From the NCBI GenBank assembly GCA_951406725.2, contig OX597817.1, positions 69,254,001 through 69,318,000 on the forward strand: a DNA stretch of 64,000 bases, in the 5' to 3' direction. The stretch comes from Octopus vulgaris. Taxonomy: Eukaryota. Positions within the stretch are counted from its first letter, which is position 1. Each line of letters opens with the position of its first letter. Under the pieces are notes generated by a model. The model ran no database searches and was not told the DNA's origin. It was given only the letters and a program-made list of their open reading frames with translations. Of this stretch, positions 51,793 through 64,000 are shown in pieces. The position numbers and the translations under genes were made by a program.

Positions 51793-52005
51793 CTTTCTAT
51801 TATAGGCACAAAGCCTGAAATTTGGGGGAGTGGGGATAGTCGCTTACATTAACCCCAGTACTCAACTGATAATTAATTTATCAACCCCAAAAGGTTGAAA
51901 GACAAAGTCGATCGTGGCAGAATTTGAACTCAGAATGTAGCGGCAGACAAAACGCTGCTAAGCGTTTCACCCAGTCTATTAACAATTCTGCCAACTTGCC
52001 GCCTT
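51793..52005 (-). mobile_element. Nin/Deu-like SINE (family B) in a (TAA)n tract
   Basis: Reverse complement of family B. A second partial head lies at 51695-51770. Confidence 0.8.
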
Positions 52006-52037
52006 AACTAATAATAATAATAATAATAATAATAATA

Positions 52038-52390
52038 GTCACATGTATTGTCTTCACTGGTATGTCACACATATTGTCTTAACAGGTACGCCACAGGAAT
52101 GGTCTTAACTGGTACGTCACATGTATCGTCTTAAATGGTATGTCACATGTATTGAGAAGAGCATTGTTGCTGTGATATTTCTTCCCCCACCTTTATTTTA
52201 TTTGTTTACTTTTTTATTTTTTATTTTTTTCCTTTTTCTCTGTGTCTTCCCCTTTTTTCTCTAGCACATGACTCTGTAAATGAACAATCTGGTGTGTTTA
52301 TTTTAATGGCCTAACAATGTATACTGTACGTTCCTCTGCCCTAGGTGTTAGGAAGACATTTGGCAAGAAATGGAAATAGAAATGAAAGAT
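52038..52390 (+). mobile_element. R4/Dong-like 3' end between (TAA)n tracts
   Basis: xVLxGTSHVLRRAL-like terminus (GTCACATGTATTGAGAAGAGCATTG) followed by a T-rich UTR and (TAA)n. Confidence 0.55.
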
Positions 52391-52446
<56 letters not shown>

Positions 52447-52448
52447 TA

Positions 52449-52700
52449 ATGTAGTCATCAGAACATTGGATTCAGTACCACCCAGCCTGAAAAAACATCT
52501 GGACACTTTAGAAATATCCTACAACCTTGGTGTATTGCAAAAAATTGATTTTTCTTGGTACTGTACACATACTGCATAAAGGACTGTCTGTCTGAGTTCC
52601 TTGTTGTGATTTGACAGACAGTGCAGACCTCTAATATGTAAAATATCTTCAATCTACATTACAATATTGGATACTATGTAATGTCTTCAATAATAACAAT
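52449..52700 (+). mobile_element. R4/Dong-like 3' end between (TAA)n tracts
   Basis: VVIRTLDSVPPSLKKHLDTLEISYNLGVLQK followed by a frameshifted LGTVHILHK, the typical ORF terminus of this clade. Confidence 0.75.
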
Positions 52701-52943
52701 AAGAATAGCAATAATCTTTCCTTATTTTGGCCCAAGGCCTGCTATTTTGAGGGGATTACATTCACCCCAGTGCTCAAATGGCACTTATTTTATTGACCAC
52801 CAAAAGGATGAACGGCAAATTAAACTCAGCAGGATTTGAGCTCATCATATACAAAAGTGGAAGAGAGGTCACTAAAATTTTGTCATACTAATAATATACT
52901 AATAATATGTTAATGATATGCTAATAATATGTTTAATAATAAT

Positions 52944-53284
52944 CCGGAGACCCCCTTCAGTCACGACACAGACCATGGGATTGCACCTAGAAAGTTACCC
53001 TCCAAGACACAAGTCCGGGCGAGGTTGTTTATGGAAGACCAGCAGTTGCCTATGCATACCAGCCTCCCCTCTCCACGCCACCAGTGTTATCCAAGGGAAA
53101 GACAAAGGTCGATACAGCTTGGCACCAGTGACGTCGCAACTCATTTCTACAGCTGAGTGAACTGGAGCAACATGAAATAAAGTGCCTTGCTCAAGAACAA
53201 AACACGCAGCCCGGTCCGGGATTCGAGCTCACAACTTCAGGATCGTAAGCTCGACGCTCTAACCACTGAGCCATGCGTCTTCAC
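52944..53284 (-). mobile_element. Young full-length tRNA-derived SINE (family C) with target-site duplication
   Basis: Head on the minus strand TGGCTCAGTGGTTAGAGCGTCGAGC...GCTCGAATCCC. TTAATAATAAT occurs at 52933-52943 and 53285-53295. Confidence 0.9.
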
Positions 53285-54472
53285 TTAATAATAATAATAT
53301 GCTAATAATATGACTTCTGCTCTAGGCACAAAGCCAACAGCTTTAAGGTGATGGGGTTAGTTGATACCACTAGCCCTAGTACATAACTGGTACTTTATTT
53401 TGTCAATGTTGAAATGATGAAAGACAAAAATTCACTTCAACAAGATTTGAACCCAGAATACAAAATTAGAAAAAATGTGTGTGTGTGTGGTAAGAAAAGT
53501 TACTTTTTGATATTTAGCTACATCCCTTTCTGCTCAGGTGAACTTAGCCCTGATAATTATTTTATCAAACTGTGGAAGGATGAAAGGCAAACTACTGGGT
53601 TTCGTATAATCGATTAAAAACGTTTGAAGATAGTGTTCCATTATGGCTGAAGTCCAATAAGTGGAACCAATAAAAGAATTGATAAGTAGATAGCCAGGAT
53701 ATATTGCCAATGGAGAAAAGGTATAAAGGATCATTTGCTGATTAGATAGAATTATTAATGCAGGATTGCAAGATGTACAGTTATTAAAATAGATATAGGC
53801 AAATTGACAGAATTGTGAACGAGTCAGGTAGAATATGTTGTATTTCTTTTTCAAATACTGCCAAGGTTAGCTTTGCCTTTTATCATTCTGGCAGCAATCA
53901 ATAATGTACTAGACAAGTACTGGAGTTGATTTCACTATATCTCTCTCTCCCTCTACCTATCTCTCCTTCTCTTGCTATCCCTCTCTAATCCCCCACTCTA
54001 ATTTATTTCTCTGAATTAGTTCTGCTGCACAGAGAGAAGGATCATGGGAACTACTCACAGCTGTCTGCTTCTCCAGGTATGGTGAAGCTTTAAGCAAAGC
54101 TAGTAGCCTCTTCTCATAATCTCATAGTAAAAACTGTTACTAGAACTAAATATGCATAAGGATCAAAGAGAAATAGAGAATGGTAAAAATAAACTCGTTA
54201 CAAAAGGTTATAAGCCATTCCTGGGAAAACTACGACCCACAGGACTTTCTGAATGGCATACCAAATGAAAAATTACCTTGAATTTTTTTAATAGTGCACC
54301 TGATGATCAAGCCATTCCTTATGTGATCAAGCCATTTCTTATGTGGTCTGCTTCTCAAAAAAATGTCACCCATGCTTTGCTATAAACACTTTGGCAGATG
54401 TAACGCATAAAGGGTGCTATCATGAAAAATAAAATGTTTTAAGAACAGAATATTTTAGCTGGTTAAAATCCT

Positions 54473-54640
54473 CATCATCATCATCATCATCATTTAACGT
54501 CCGCTTTCCATGTTAGCATGGGTTGGACAATTTGACTGAAGACTGGTGAACCAGATGGCTACACCAGGCTCCAATCTTGATCTGGCAGAGTTTCTACAGC
54601 TGGATGCCCTTCCTAACACCAACCACTCTGAGAGTGTAGT
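54473..54640 (-). mobile_element. Family R retroposon, truncated
   Basis: (CAT)n followed by TTAACGTCCGCTTTCCATGTTAGCATGGGTTGG. Confidence 0.9.
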
Positions 54641-54779
54641 ATATGAAGTTAAATTAAAGCTGAATGTTGAAAATATAAATTTGGACTTTAACACAATGTC
54701 ATATAAGTTTTAAGACATAGAAGACAAATGCTAAAAATGAATGAAGTCAGATAAATTTTGATTTTGCTTCTATCTTTTA

Positions 54780-55760
54780 GGTAAAGGAAATTTGTAAAAG
54801 CAAAGACCATATTATAGAGCTTTACACTCTAAATATGATGTCTGTAGGAACCACATACTCTGTAAAAAATGGCAGTAGTGAAAAATATAGAGAAAGCAAA
54901 GAAAAGTGGTATAGCATGTTACTTAAGAAATGGTTGCAAAACTACTGTTGGAAGGAAATAGAAATGTTGAAATAGCTAAGCGTGAAAAAACATTTAGCAC
55001 CAGAAGAGTTAAGAAGATGAATTTAAGCAAAAAATAATGAGCAAGAGAGAGAAGGCATAAAAAAGACAAAAAAATGAAGATTTTTTTCCAAGAAACAGGA
55101 GAAAATTAATGTGTAGATGTGGATAAATCATTGTCATGAATAAAAAATAAATAATTTGACCTGAAGTTTGATACTGGAGCACAAATCTTTGTAACACACG
55201 AACAGGCTTTGAGAACAGACTACCTCACATTCCATATTGACAGAATTCCTGAGTCTTACCTCTGTAGAATGCATAGCAAAATGGTGAATAATATGCAACA
55301 TTTGATAAGTGAATGTGATACATTAACAAACAGGGAATGACAATATTTCATGGATCATGTCATTCGAATCATGTAACAAATATATTTTAGAAAAGACAGA
55401 GAGAAATGGTATAAACACCACCATTCTAGTGTAATTTGTAACAAGACATCAAAACCCTTTCAGATTTTTGCTATCCAGTGCTATCATAAACTATGGAATA
55501 TGAAAACTTGAATTGCTGTAGTGGATAAAAATAACATTGAGAAAACTAAAATAATTGATATTGAAATACCAGGTGACTGAAGAATTGGAATAAAGAAGCA
55601 AGGAAAGGTAGAAGCATTTCAGAATCTGAAGCAACAGATTTCAAATATATGGTCACTAAAAAAGATACAGCATAGATTCCCTGGGTAGGAAAGACCCAAC
55701 TAGACAAAAGATTATCTACAATAGATATCCTCCTTGTCATCATATTCATCTTTTTAAAGA
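54780..55760 (+). mobile_element. Decayed R4/Dong-like element C-terminal half (CCHC knuckle plus RLE)
   Basis: EQALRTDYLTFHIDRIPESYLCRM...QHLISECDTL, then EKWYKH and IAVVDK...IIDIEIPGD*RIGIKKQGKVEAFQNLKQQISNIWSLKK, with stops. Confidence 0.8.
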
Positions 55761-55935
55761 AATGAATGAACTATGCAGTATTTGAGATATATAGAATTAT
55801 AAGGTAAAAATTACATTGTATTTCAGTTAATACATCGCTAACACATGTGTTACTATTATGTAAATTAGGGCTGACCCATCCAGTTATATTTAAGTCTGTA
55901 TCAGCAAGAAATAGTTAATAGCTTGCAGCATTTCC

Positions 55936-56375
55936 TCATTGAGGAAACCAAATCAGGTTAAAACATCTTGTCTGATAATCCACTAGGATTATGAACAATG
56001 CCCTGTGTTTTTGACATGAAAGTCTTTTTGAGACGTTTCTCAGAAATTAAATATTACAGATAGTACCATTGCATGTTGTACTTAATACTGGTTTGCATAC
56101 AAAATATGTGTATACACATTGAGCATGTTAATCTAAGGCTGTTTCAAAAGTGTATATTAATTTAATTCTAGACTGGATAGCTTTTTCATAAATCAGTAAA
56201 ACTCTCATTTAATGATTTCTATATTGGAAAAGCTTTCTAGGGTATTTGTCACTGAGGAGACCAAATCAGGTTGAAACACCAGTGTTCTGAGTAAATCCCA
56301 GTGTTTTTAACAAGCCTTTTTGAGAAATTTCTCTGGGACAAAATATTACGGCTTGTGTTACTGCATGTTAGTATA
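55936..56375. repeat. Diverged direct repeat pair, ~313 bp apart
   Basis: TCATTGAGGAAACCAAATCAGGTTAAAACA at 55936 matches TCACTGAGGAGACCAAATCAGGTTGAAACA at 56249. Both continue TGTTTTT..CTTTTTGAGA..TTTCTC..AAATATTAC..TGCATGTT. Confidence 0.75.
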
Positions 56376-56800
56376 CACATTATAATTGTGTAGTCACACT
56401 GGTATTTTAATAGTAATTTCTTCTTTATCTGGAAAATGAATGGACAATGTCTGGTGGAACAAAAAATATGAAAAACAGAGAGCTCAGTCTCCTTTACATG
56501 CTCACCAACAGAAAAATTAAGATAAAAGTGTATATTTATCAGAAACAATGCAAGCTTAGCATACATCATTCTACCATCTCTATCTATCCATCCAAAATGT
56601 CATGAAATACTTATATTCACTAATCTGAAACTGTTTTAATCTTCATTGTTCTGGAAACAATAAAAGAGAGTATCAGCTTCCTTGGTTTTATAATTTGTAC
56701 ATCTAAGATAAACAGAAATAATATAACAGTTTTGTTTTGACCTAGTTGAAATAACATGAGCGACTGAAGTCAAGGGAAACAGCAGCCAAATCTCCTTTAA

Positions 56801-57000
56801 CCCTTTAGCAAGCATATCACTCTGTCAGCAGTAATGCTTCTTCATTCATATACTTAATCATGCATTATCTTGTAGCTTTGAGATTTTGATGGGGTGACTG
56901 TCAATTTTTAGAATGATATTGTAGGTTTAGTGTAAGATACCAGATCTGGCCAGTTTGAACATAAACTAAGTGGAATATGGCCTGTTTAACTGCTAAAGGG
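56801..57000 (-). mobile_element. piggyBac-type MITE with intact ends
   Basis: TTAA|CCCTTTAGCA ... TGCTAAAGGG|TTAA: perfect 10-bp TIR and TTAA target-site duplication. Confidence 0.9.
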
Positions 57001-57189
57001 TTAATTTATACACTAATGCCTTTCTTTAAAATAAAGAAGATGCACTGAACATGGGAAAAGGTTAAATGGTCACAGTCATAATGCATTTGCTCATAGATCT
57101 CCTTGGTCAGGGCTAACCTGGAATTAATCAGCAACAACAACAGCAGTCATGAGAGACACTGCATTCATCATCATCATTATCACCATCAT

Positions 57190-57372
57190 CATCATCATCA
57201 TCGTCGTTTAACGTCCGTTTTCCATGCTGGTATGGGTTGGACAGTTTGACTGAGGTTTGAAAAACCAGCGGCTGCACCAGGCTCCAATCTGACCTGGCAA
57301 TGTTTCTGCTGCTAGATGCCCTTCTTAACACCAACAACTCCGAGAGTGTAGTGGGTGCTTTTTATGTGCCAC
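57190..57372 (-). mobile_element. Family R retroposon
   Basis: (CAT)n followed by GTTTAACGTCCGTTTTCCATGCTGGTATGGGTTGG. Confidence 0.85.
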
Positions 57373-57785
57373 ATTGTTGTTTGGAATGCTAGAAATAGCC
57401 TGAACATAAAGGGGTAAAATGATCATCAGTCTGCTTCTAAAATCCCCATTTTCACTGGCAATAGTTTGTATCACATCACATAAGTTCTATGTAGGTCTGT
57501 GTATTTCTTAATGCATATGTATATATGTGAGTGTGTGTGTGTGTGTATGTGTGTGTGTGTACACATATACATACATACCAATGAGTCAAAAGTTTTTTCC
57601 GAATATAACTGATGATGTTTAGCAACTTGTATCTCCATGTTATATCATTAATTTGACACAATTTGTTCAATCATTGCTGAATTGTTTACAGCTTTGATAA
57701 TGAGTGGTGAAAAAAATTGCAATTAGACCCACTTTATGGTATCTGTGGGATAAAGGACTGGCTGCAATCTGTGGAATAAAGGACT

Positions 57786-57874
<89 letters not shown>

Positions 57875-57876
<2 letters not shown>

Positions 57877-58054
57877 TTTTATTTATTTAGTCAAACAATT
57901 TGACTCCATGGTTTATTCTTTGTAAGCCTAGTACTTACTCTATCACTCTCTTTTGCCAAACTGCTAAGTTACAGGGACCTAATCACACCAACATCAGTTG
58001 TCAAGCGATGGCGGAGGGGGGGGGGACTAACGCAGACAGACACACAAAGTAATT

Positions 58055-58088
<34 letters not shown>

Positions 58089-58283
58089 GAGAAGAAGGAA
58101 GATATATGTATATATATATACATACGACAGGCTTCTTTCAGTTTGTGTCTACAAAATCCACTCACAAGGCTTTGTTGCCCCTAGGCTATAATAGAAGACA
58201 CTTGCCCAAAGTGCCATGCAGTGGTACTGAACCTGGATCCATGTGGTCGGTAAGCAAGCTACTTACCACACACCCACTCCTGT
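57875..58283 (-). mobile_element. CORE-like SINE (family A) next to a ~85-bp pure (AT)n tract
   Basis: Reverse complement of family A. The (AT)n tract spans 57789-57873. Confidence 0.85.
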
Positions 58284-58695
58284 GATATATACATATATAT
58301 ATCATCAGTAAATCATAAATCGAAAAAAGAAGCACACTCTAAGTTATAGAGCAGTAGAGTGTACATATTCAGATCTATCTTTATCTATATATGTGTGTGT
58401 GTACATGTATGAGTGTGTTGCTCTCTGCATGAAAAGCATCAGCTATGAAAGGTAATGTTTGTTGACATTTTGCTGTCATCAACTCATCTGCTGTTTCTAC
58501 AGTTTTGACAACATGCGGAAGAAAAAACTCTCACACACTCTATGTCTCCGGTTGTAAACAGAGAAAGAGAGAGCAAGCGACCACACATGCATGAAGCAGT
58601 GTTACACACATTTATAAAATCGCACATTATGTATGTGTGTACATATGTATATATATACACACACATATGTATATTTATATATGTATGTATATTTA

Positions 58696-58735
<40 letters not shown>

Positions 58736-60315
58736 CATACATAAACATGCATAAACAGGCATACATCTGGATATGTATCTATACATACATACATGCATAC
58801 ATGTTGCCATCAACATTTTATAATAATATTAATAATACTTTTTTATAAAAATATAATAATACACTATAACATTTTATAATGATACAAAAATGCAAAGAAA
58901 TATAGAACAAACATACAAATATGTATTGTATATTTTATGTAGCTACGTTGATTTTATTATTAGCCACGCTAGCCAGGAAAGGAATTTTCTCTTTTAGGAA
59001 AAGAAACAAATTAGAAAGAGAAAAGAATTTATGGAAATCAATTTGGTAAATTTATCTTTCGCATTATTGGTTGTTTATTCAAATTGTTGTTTTACCTGAC
59101 CATATTTTTAGCTTGGTTTTTGTTTGCCAATTACAATGCAATATATATGGAAAAACTGGGATGGGATTTCTTTTTGCAGTTTGCTTATGGACTGGAATTT
59201 TGTGTGTTTTTTTTTTTATAATTGTAGTTTTGTATTTGCTTTTTTTTTTGTTGGTGTAGCTGGGTTTTTTGGGAGTTTTTTTGTTTGTTTATTTGTCTTG
59301 AAAAAAATCATTTCTACATGTATATGTGCAAATTTTGGAATTGAGTTGTTGGAATATAGATATAATCATTTATCCAAATACAGTAATCTATAGATGCAGG
59401 TGTTTGTGTATATAGGTTGTTATTTCTTACATATAATATGCTTGGAAAGTGCTCAATGTATTACATCTATGGATAAAATGTTGACGATAACAGCAGTGGT
59501 GGCAGTGATAGCAATGTGATCATCACCATCATCATTATCTTTACATCCACATTTAAATGTTTACATAAGCTAAGTAGTTCTACTCCAACACAGCCCCTCG
59601 CCACTTGTGGTTACTCATCATCTCCTTCATAAGCTTCAGTAAGCCAAGATCATCATCCTTCATCAAATCACATCTGCTCATTTCTCCCTTGGCCTGTTCC
59701 AGTCAACTTCTTCTACAGCTTCCTTCCACTTAGATTTTTTAGCACTTCTTTACATTTCTTCCCATCATATTTCCATATGAAATGCATCCTCATATTGTCC
59801 ATACAAGTGCAGAATTATTGTCTTTCACACATTACAAACTATCCCTTGTATACACCCAGTCTATGCATTTCTCTGTAGAGGAGCATAGCTTAGGGCCTTG
59901 GTTCGCAACCTTTTTTTACCTAGGGACCACTTTGTTTACTATTTTATCCTGGCAGACTCCCACAGTTATTCAATGTTAAAAAGATAATTCAACCGATACA
60001 TAGTAATAGGCATCCATCGGTCTCAAGAGGCCATGGATCTGCAACTAAAGAAATCGTGTCAGCTGCTGATGGTGGTACAGCATCTGTTGTGGTTGTACAG
60101 GCCCACATGGGAGTGGCAGTCATGCACACAGTAACTGCATTTGAAGGAGCTGTCTGCTGGCACTACTGGTTTTAGCTTCCGTCGAGTGCAATTTTTTTTG
60201 GTGGTGAGTTCTTGTCTTTCTTCCATTTCCTTCATCCCCTTTTGCAGTATTTGTCTCCAGTGTTGGTCATCATTTATAAATACTTCTTTGAAGATTCTTA
60301 TTTTTTATTTCACTC

Positions 60316-60560
60316 ATCCATCATCATCATCATCATTTAGTGTCTGCTTTCCATCCAGGTATGGGTTAGACGGTTTGACTAAAACTGGTAGGCTGGAGGG
60401 CTGCACAACGTTTCAATCTGATTTGGCATGGTTTCTCCAGCTGGATGCCCTTCCTAACACCAACCACTCCAAGAGTGTAATGGGTGGCGGTCACACAACA
60501 CTGGCATTGGCCACAACTACAATATCTCTTAGCCCTGACAGGGGTCTTCTCAATCCTTCT
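60316..60560 (-). mobile_element. Family R retroposon
   Basis: (CAT)n followed by CAGCTGGATGCCCTTCCTAACACCAACCAC. Confidence 0.8.
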
Positions 60561-60710
60561 CAAACCTTTGATCATAGATCTGTTTGATAAGGTTTGAACT
60601 AGTGTCAAACAACTAAGATAATAACAATGTGAAGTACTAATCTTACCAACTCCCATTACCCAGGACTGGATAGAGACCCATAGAAGCCCTAAGCACTTAA
60701 AAGATTGTGT

Positions 60711-60754
<44 letters not shown>

Positions 60755-62154
60755 ACGCGTGCATGCATGCAGGCATGTGTGTGTGCATGTGAGTGCTTGT
60801 GTGAGTGTGTGGGTATGTGTGCCTTTGTGTGTGATTCAAAATATAAACAATAATACACCATAAAATATATCTTTATTTTTCAAAGAGAAACAAAACTAAC
60901 AGTAAGATGTAAAATAATGTTTACTTTTGTATACTTCCACTTTATTCATATTTAAAAGGTTTCCTTCTACATTTTTTAATTGCAAAGTCTTTGATCGATC
61001 TTTTCTATGATACCATGAACACTTCAAAATTATATTTACGATCATATAAACCACTTCAAATATTATTTTAGCAAGTTTAAAGTGATTTCTTTTGTGCCAT
61101 AAACCATCTAACATTTCTGTTATGCCCCTTTCCCTTGATGCCCTAAGCACGTACTTATTTTGTTTAATGGTTAATCTTGCACTGACATTACCCATAATGT
61201 CTTTTACACTTCTAAATCCAAACTAAACACTATATCCAATTATTTCATACGACCCTCTGCATTGCCAGGCAGTGTTGCTAAATCAAGTGATTCGTTAAGT
61301 CTACTATCAAAGTAGACCAAGGTGGGATTTAAATTCAGAATGCAAACGACTAGAACAAATACCACAAGGTATATCTGGTCTGACATTCTTACTGCAGGTC
61401 AAGAGTTAAAAGCAGTGGCAAAACATAGTCAATGGCCTTTGTTCCATAATATTCCTTAGAATTCTATCCAAGGCTTTAAAAACTACATGAATTCACCACT
61501 GAAAAATTCAGGCTGAATACAAAGATTTGCGACTGTGTAAATACTGTTAAGGGCCCACACGGACCATTTGGTGATGTTGAACCAGCTGAGCTGACAGATT
61601 AAGCTTACCACCAACATGGGCCTCAGGAGAATTTGAACACAAACAGCTAAGATAGACATTACAAGGAATCTGGTCTTCTTGCAGTTCTGTGAATCCATTT
61701 CCTGGATTTGTAAATTCTTTTTTTTTTTAATCAACTTTTAAAGGGTGATATGTAAAGTTAACCAAGATGGGTATTTGAACGCAGAGCAGAGAAAGACAAA
61801 ACCAATTTATCACTGAAAAACTAATCTGATAACAAAATTTTTGCAACATAATAAATTATGTTAAATATTCACAAGGACCAGGTGCTGATGTTAAATTAAG
61901 GTTATTGTTTAAGTATCTAGAACTGGAACAACATATTAATGGAAATATCTGGGCCCACCAAATACATTTAAGATTTGTAATGTAGAGTTGAATGAAATGA
62001 GAAAATATTCACCATACAGAGTTTTAAATGCAAAAAAGATACAAGGGGAACCAATTATACAGGAGATGGTAAATACCACCTTTCACAGAAAGAATTTGTA
62101 CTATTCTCTCACAACTACTGTCACTGTATAAGACTGAACATTAAGAAACAAGCA

Positions 62155-62190
62155 TGATGATGATGATGAAGGATGATTATGGTGATGATA

Positions 62191-62227
<37 letters not shown>

Positions 62228-62340
62228 CAACAGTGATGGTGGTGATGACGATGACTATGATGAGCAAGATGATGGGGGTATTGTGGGTTTTGAAAAAATG
62301 CAAATAATGTTGATGATGATGATGATGTCGAAGATGATGA
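62155..62340. repeat. Imperfect (GAT)n trinucleotide tract
   Basis: Directly visible. It gives poly-D, poly-I and poly-H artefact ORFs. Confidence 0.95.
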
Positions 62341-62963
62341 GGAAATTTTCTCTTCTCATTACAGTTTTTTTTTTGTTTGGTTTTGTTTTTCATTAGCACA
62401 ATTTTTAATATCCTTAATTTAAGATTTTTACATCAGAATTAAGTCAAAGACATACACGCATAGACCAAAACACCCACACACAAGCACACACACACACACA
62501 CGCACCAACGCACCTACACACAGCATCATACTTAATTGTATATGCATGAACAATTACTCTTATCTACAAACACACGCGTAATATAATTACACGACTGCTT
62601 GAAACACTGACTGTCACACAAGCACACACACACAGACACACATAATTACATGTACACATACACACTCACATGCACACACATGGAAACATTTTATGGAGTC
62701 TCACATATAAACAAGTGCACAGACACAGAAAAAGCAGCAACACTATAAAATTCGGTTCCGCACATGTATGCACATACCACATCACTCTTAAGCCAATAAA
62801 ACATAATCAACTGACTATATACACCCGGTGACGTATATACACATATGCAGGTGTGCATGCACACATACACACACACTCACATGCACAAATATAAACACAC
62901 ATTACACAAACACATACATAGATACATATATATATATATATACATAGATACATATATATATAG

Positions 62964-63014
<51 letters not shown>

Positions 63015-63346
63015 GACAATGTAAGTAGAATCCAAAAGATATTAAAATCAATTAAATTTTTGTAAGAAGAAGGAAAAAGAAAAATACATGTTCCATTCAT
63101 GTATATTGGTGGAATAAAAATAATAAATAAATAAATAAATAAATAAGAAAGACTTCTTAAAAATAAATCATCATATATCAGTTTAATTCTATATACTTTA
63201 AATTTCACGGTTTTTCATGCTCTTAATCAACCTAGTTATTTCAGCCGTTATTCACAGGAAATATTTTAATTTAAATCTAATGCTACGAGCAATTCACTCA
63301 AAGCAATTCTCAATACATTGATTTTTTGCCTAAAACATACACACGT

Positions 63347-63425
<79 letters not shown>

Positions 63426-63949
63426 CACATACACATACACATACACATACATAAATAAATAAATACAAACATACATACATATATACAAACATACGTAGGT
63501 ACACACATATACATACACACACACATGCATACAGCATTCTGTCTCTTTCGTTTCCTTCCTTTCTTTCATTATGCATTTTCTTTCCAAATCTTCAGAATGT
63601 TCTTTCCCACTTTATTCATTCATTCTTCCTTTCTTCTTGCATCCAAAGCAACTTTCATTTATTTTGCTTTTATTTATAAAGCCATCAATATAAACATATA
63701 TATATATATATGTAGTTACTTCTTTAATTTTTGCTATATTTTTGGTCTTTTAAGACTATTCTTACATCATTACACACATGTGCACACATATGCACTGTTT
63801 CTCTCTCACTCTTTCTCTCTCTTTCCATGTCCCGCATCTGCAGCCTTTATATGAAACCACATACATGTGAATGTGTATATGCAAATATGTGTGAGAGTAT
63901 GTGTGTGCAAGTACACACCCACACATATACATATTGACATATACAGGTA

Positions 63950-63987
<38 letters not shown>

Positions 63988-64000
63988 TATATACATACAT

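Noticed and set aside
54781-54975. Strong acceptor followed by a 64-codon plus-strand open frame
   Set aside because: It is contiguous with the decayed R4/Dong-like ORF downstream and ends in a stop. Probably part of that relic.
61483-61734. Minus ORF resembling a signal-peptide first exon (MDSQNCKKTRFLVMSILAVCVQILLRPMLV/GTAAGC)
   Set aside because: The segment TGTGTTCAAATTCTCCTGAGG resembles the family B SINE B-box region, so a decayed SINE is a simpler explanation. No other support.
459-64000. Numerous ORFs rich in YI, HT, CV, MY or poly-I/D/H/N
   Set aside because: They are translations of (TA)n, (CA)n, (TACA)n, (CAT)n and (AAT)n microsatellites and have no coding signature.

Overview
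AT-rich eukaryotic DNA dominated by (CA)n, (TA)n, (CAT/GAT)n and (TAA)n microsatellites and interspersed repeats. The repeat mix looks like an octopod cephalopod intron or intergenic region, but that is inference from recalled SINE families. No intact protein-coding gene is visible. Nearly all listed ORFs are microsatellite or repeat artefacts, and I see only a few isolated candidate exons. Recognisable content: several tRNA-derived SINE families (CORE-like, Nin/Deu-like), a short retroposon family sharing an RTE LINE 3' tail, decayed RTE, CR1/L2-like, R4/Dong-like and Penelope-like fragments, a deleted mariner, hAT-Charlie and piggyBac-type MITEs, minisatellites and a 100-N gap. Three things stand out. 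(1) A ~300-bp palindrome at 43634-43928 whose arms each carry a type I hammerhead-ribozyme layout, with a shorter relative at 10453-10638. (2) A full-length 5S rRNA copy with no terminator, fused head-to-tail to a tRNA/CORE-like SINE at 26275-26800. (3) A minisatellite of ten TTCCTGGAA-type units with overlapping kappaB-like sites at 41083-41318. Repeat boundaries were read by eye and are approximate. No database search or folding was run.
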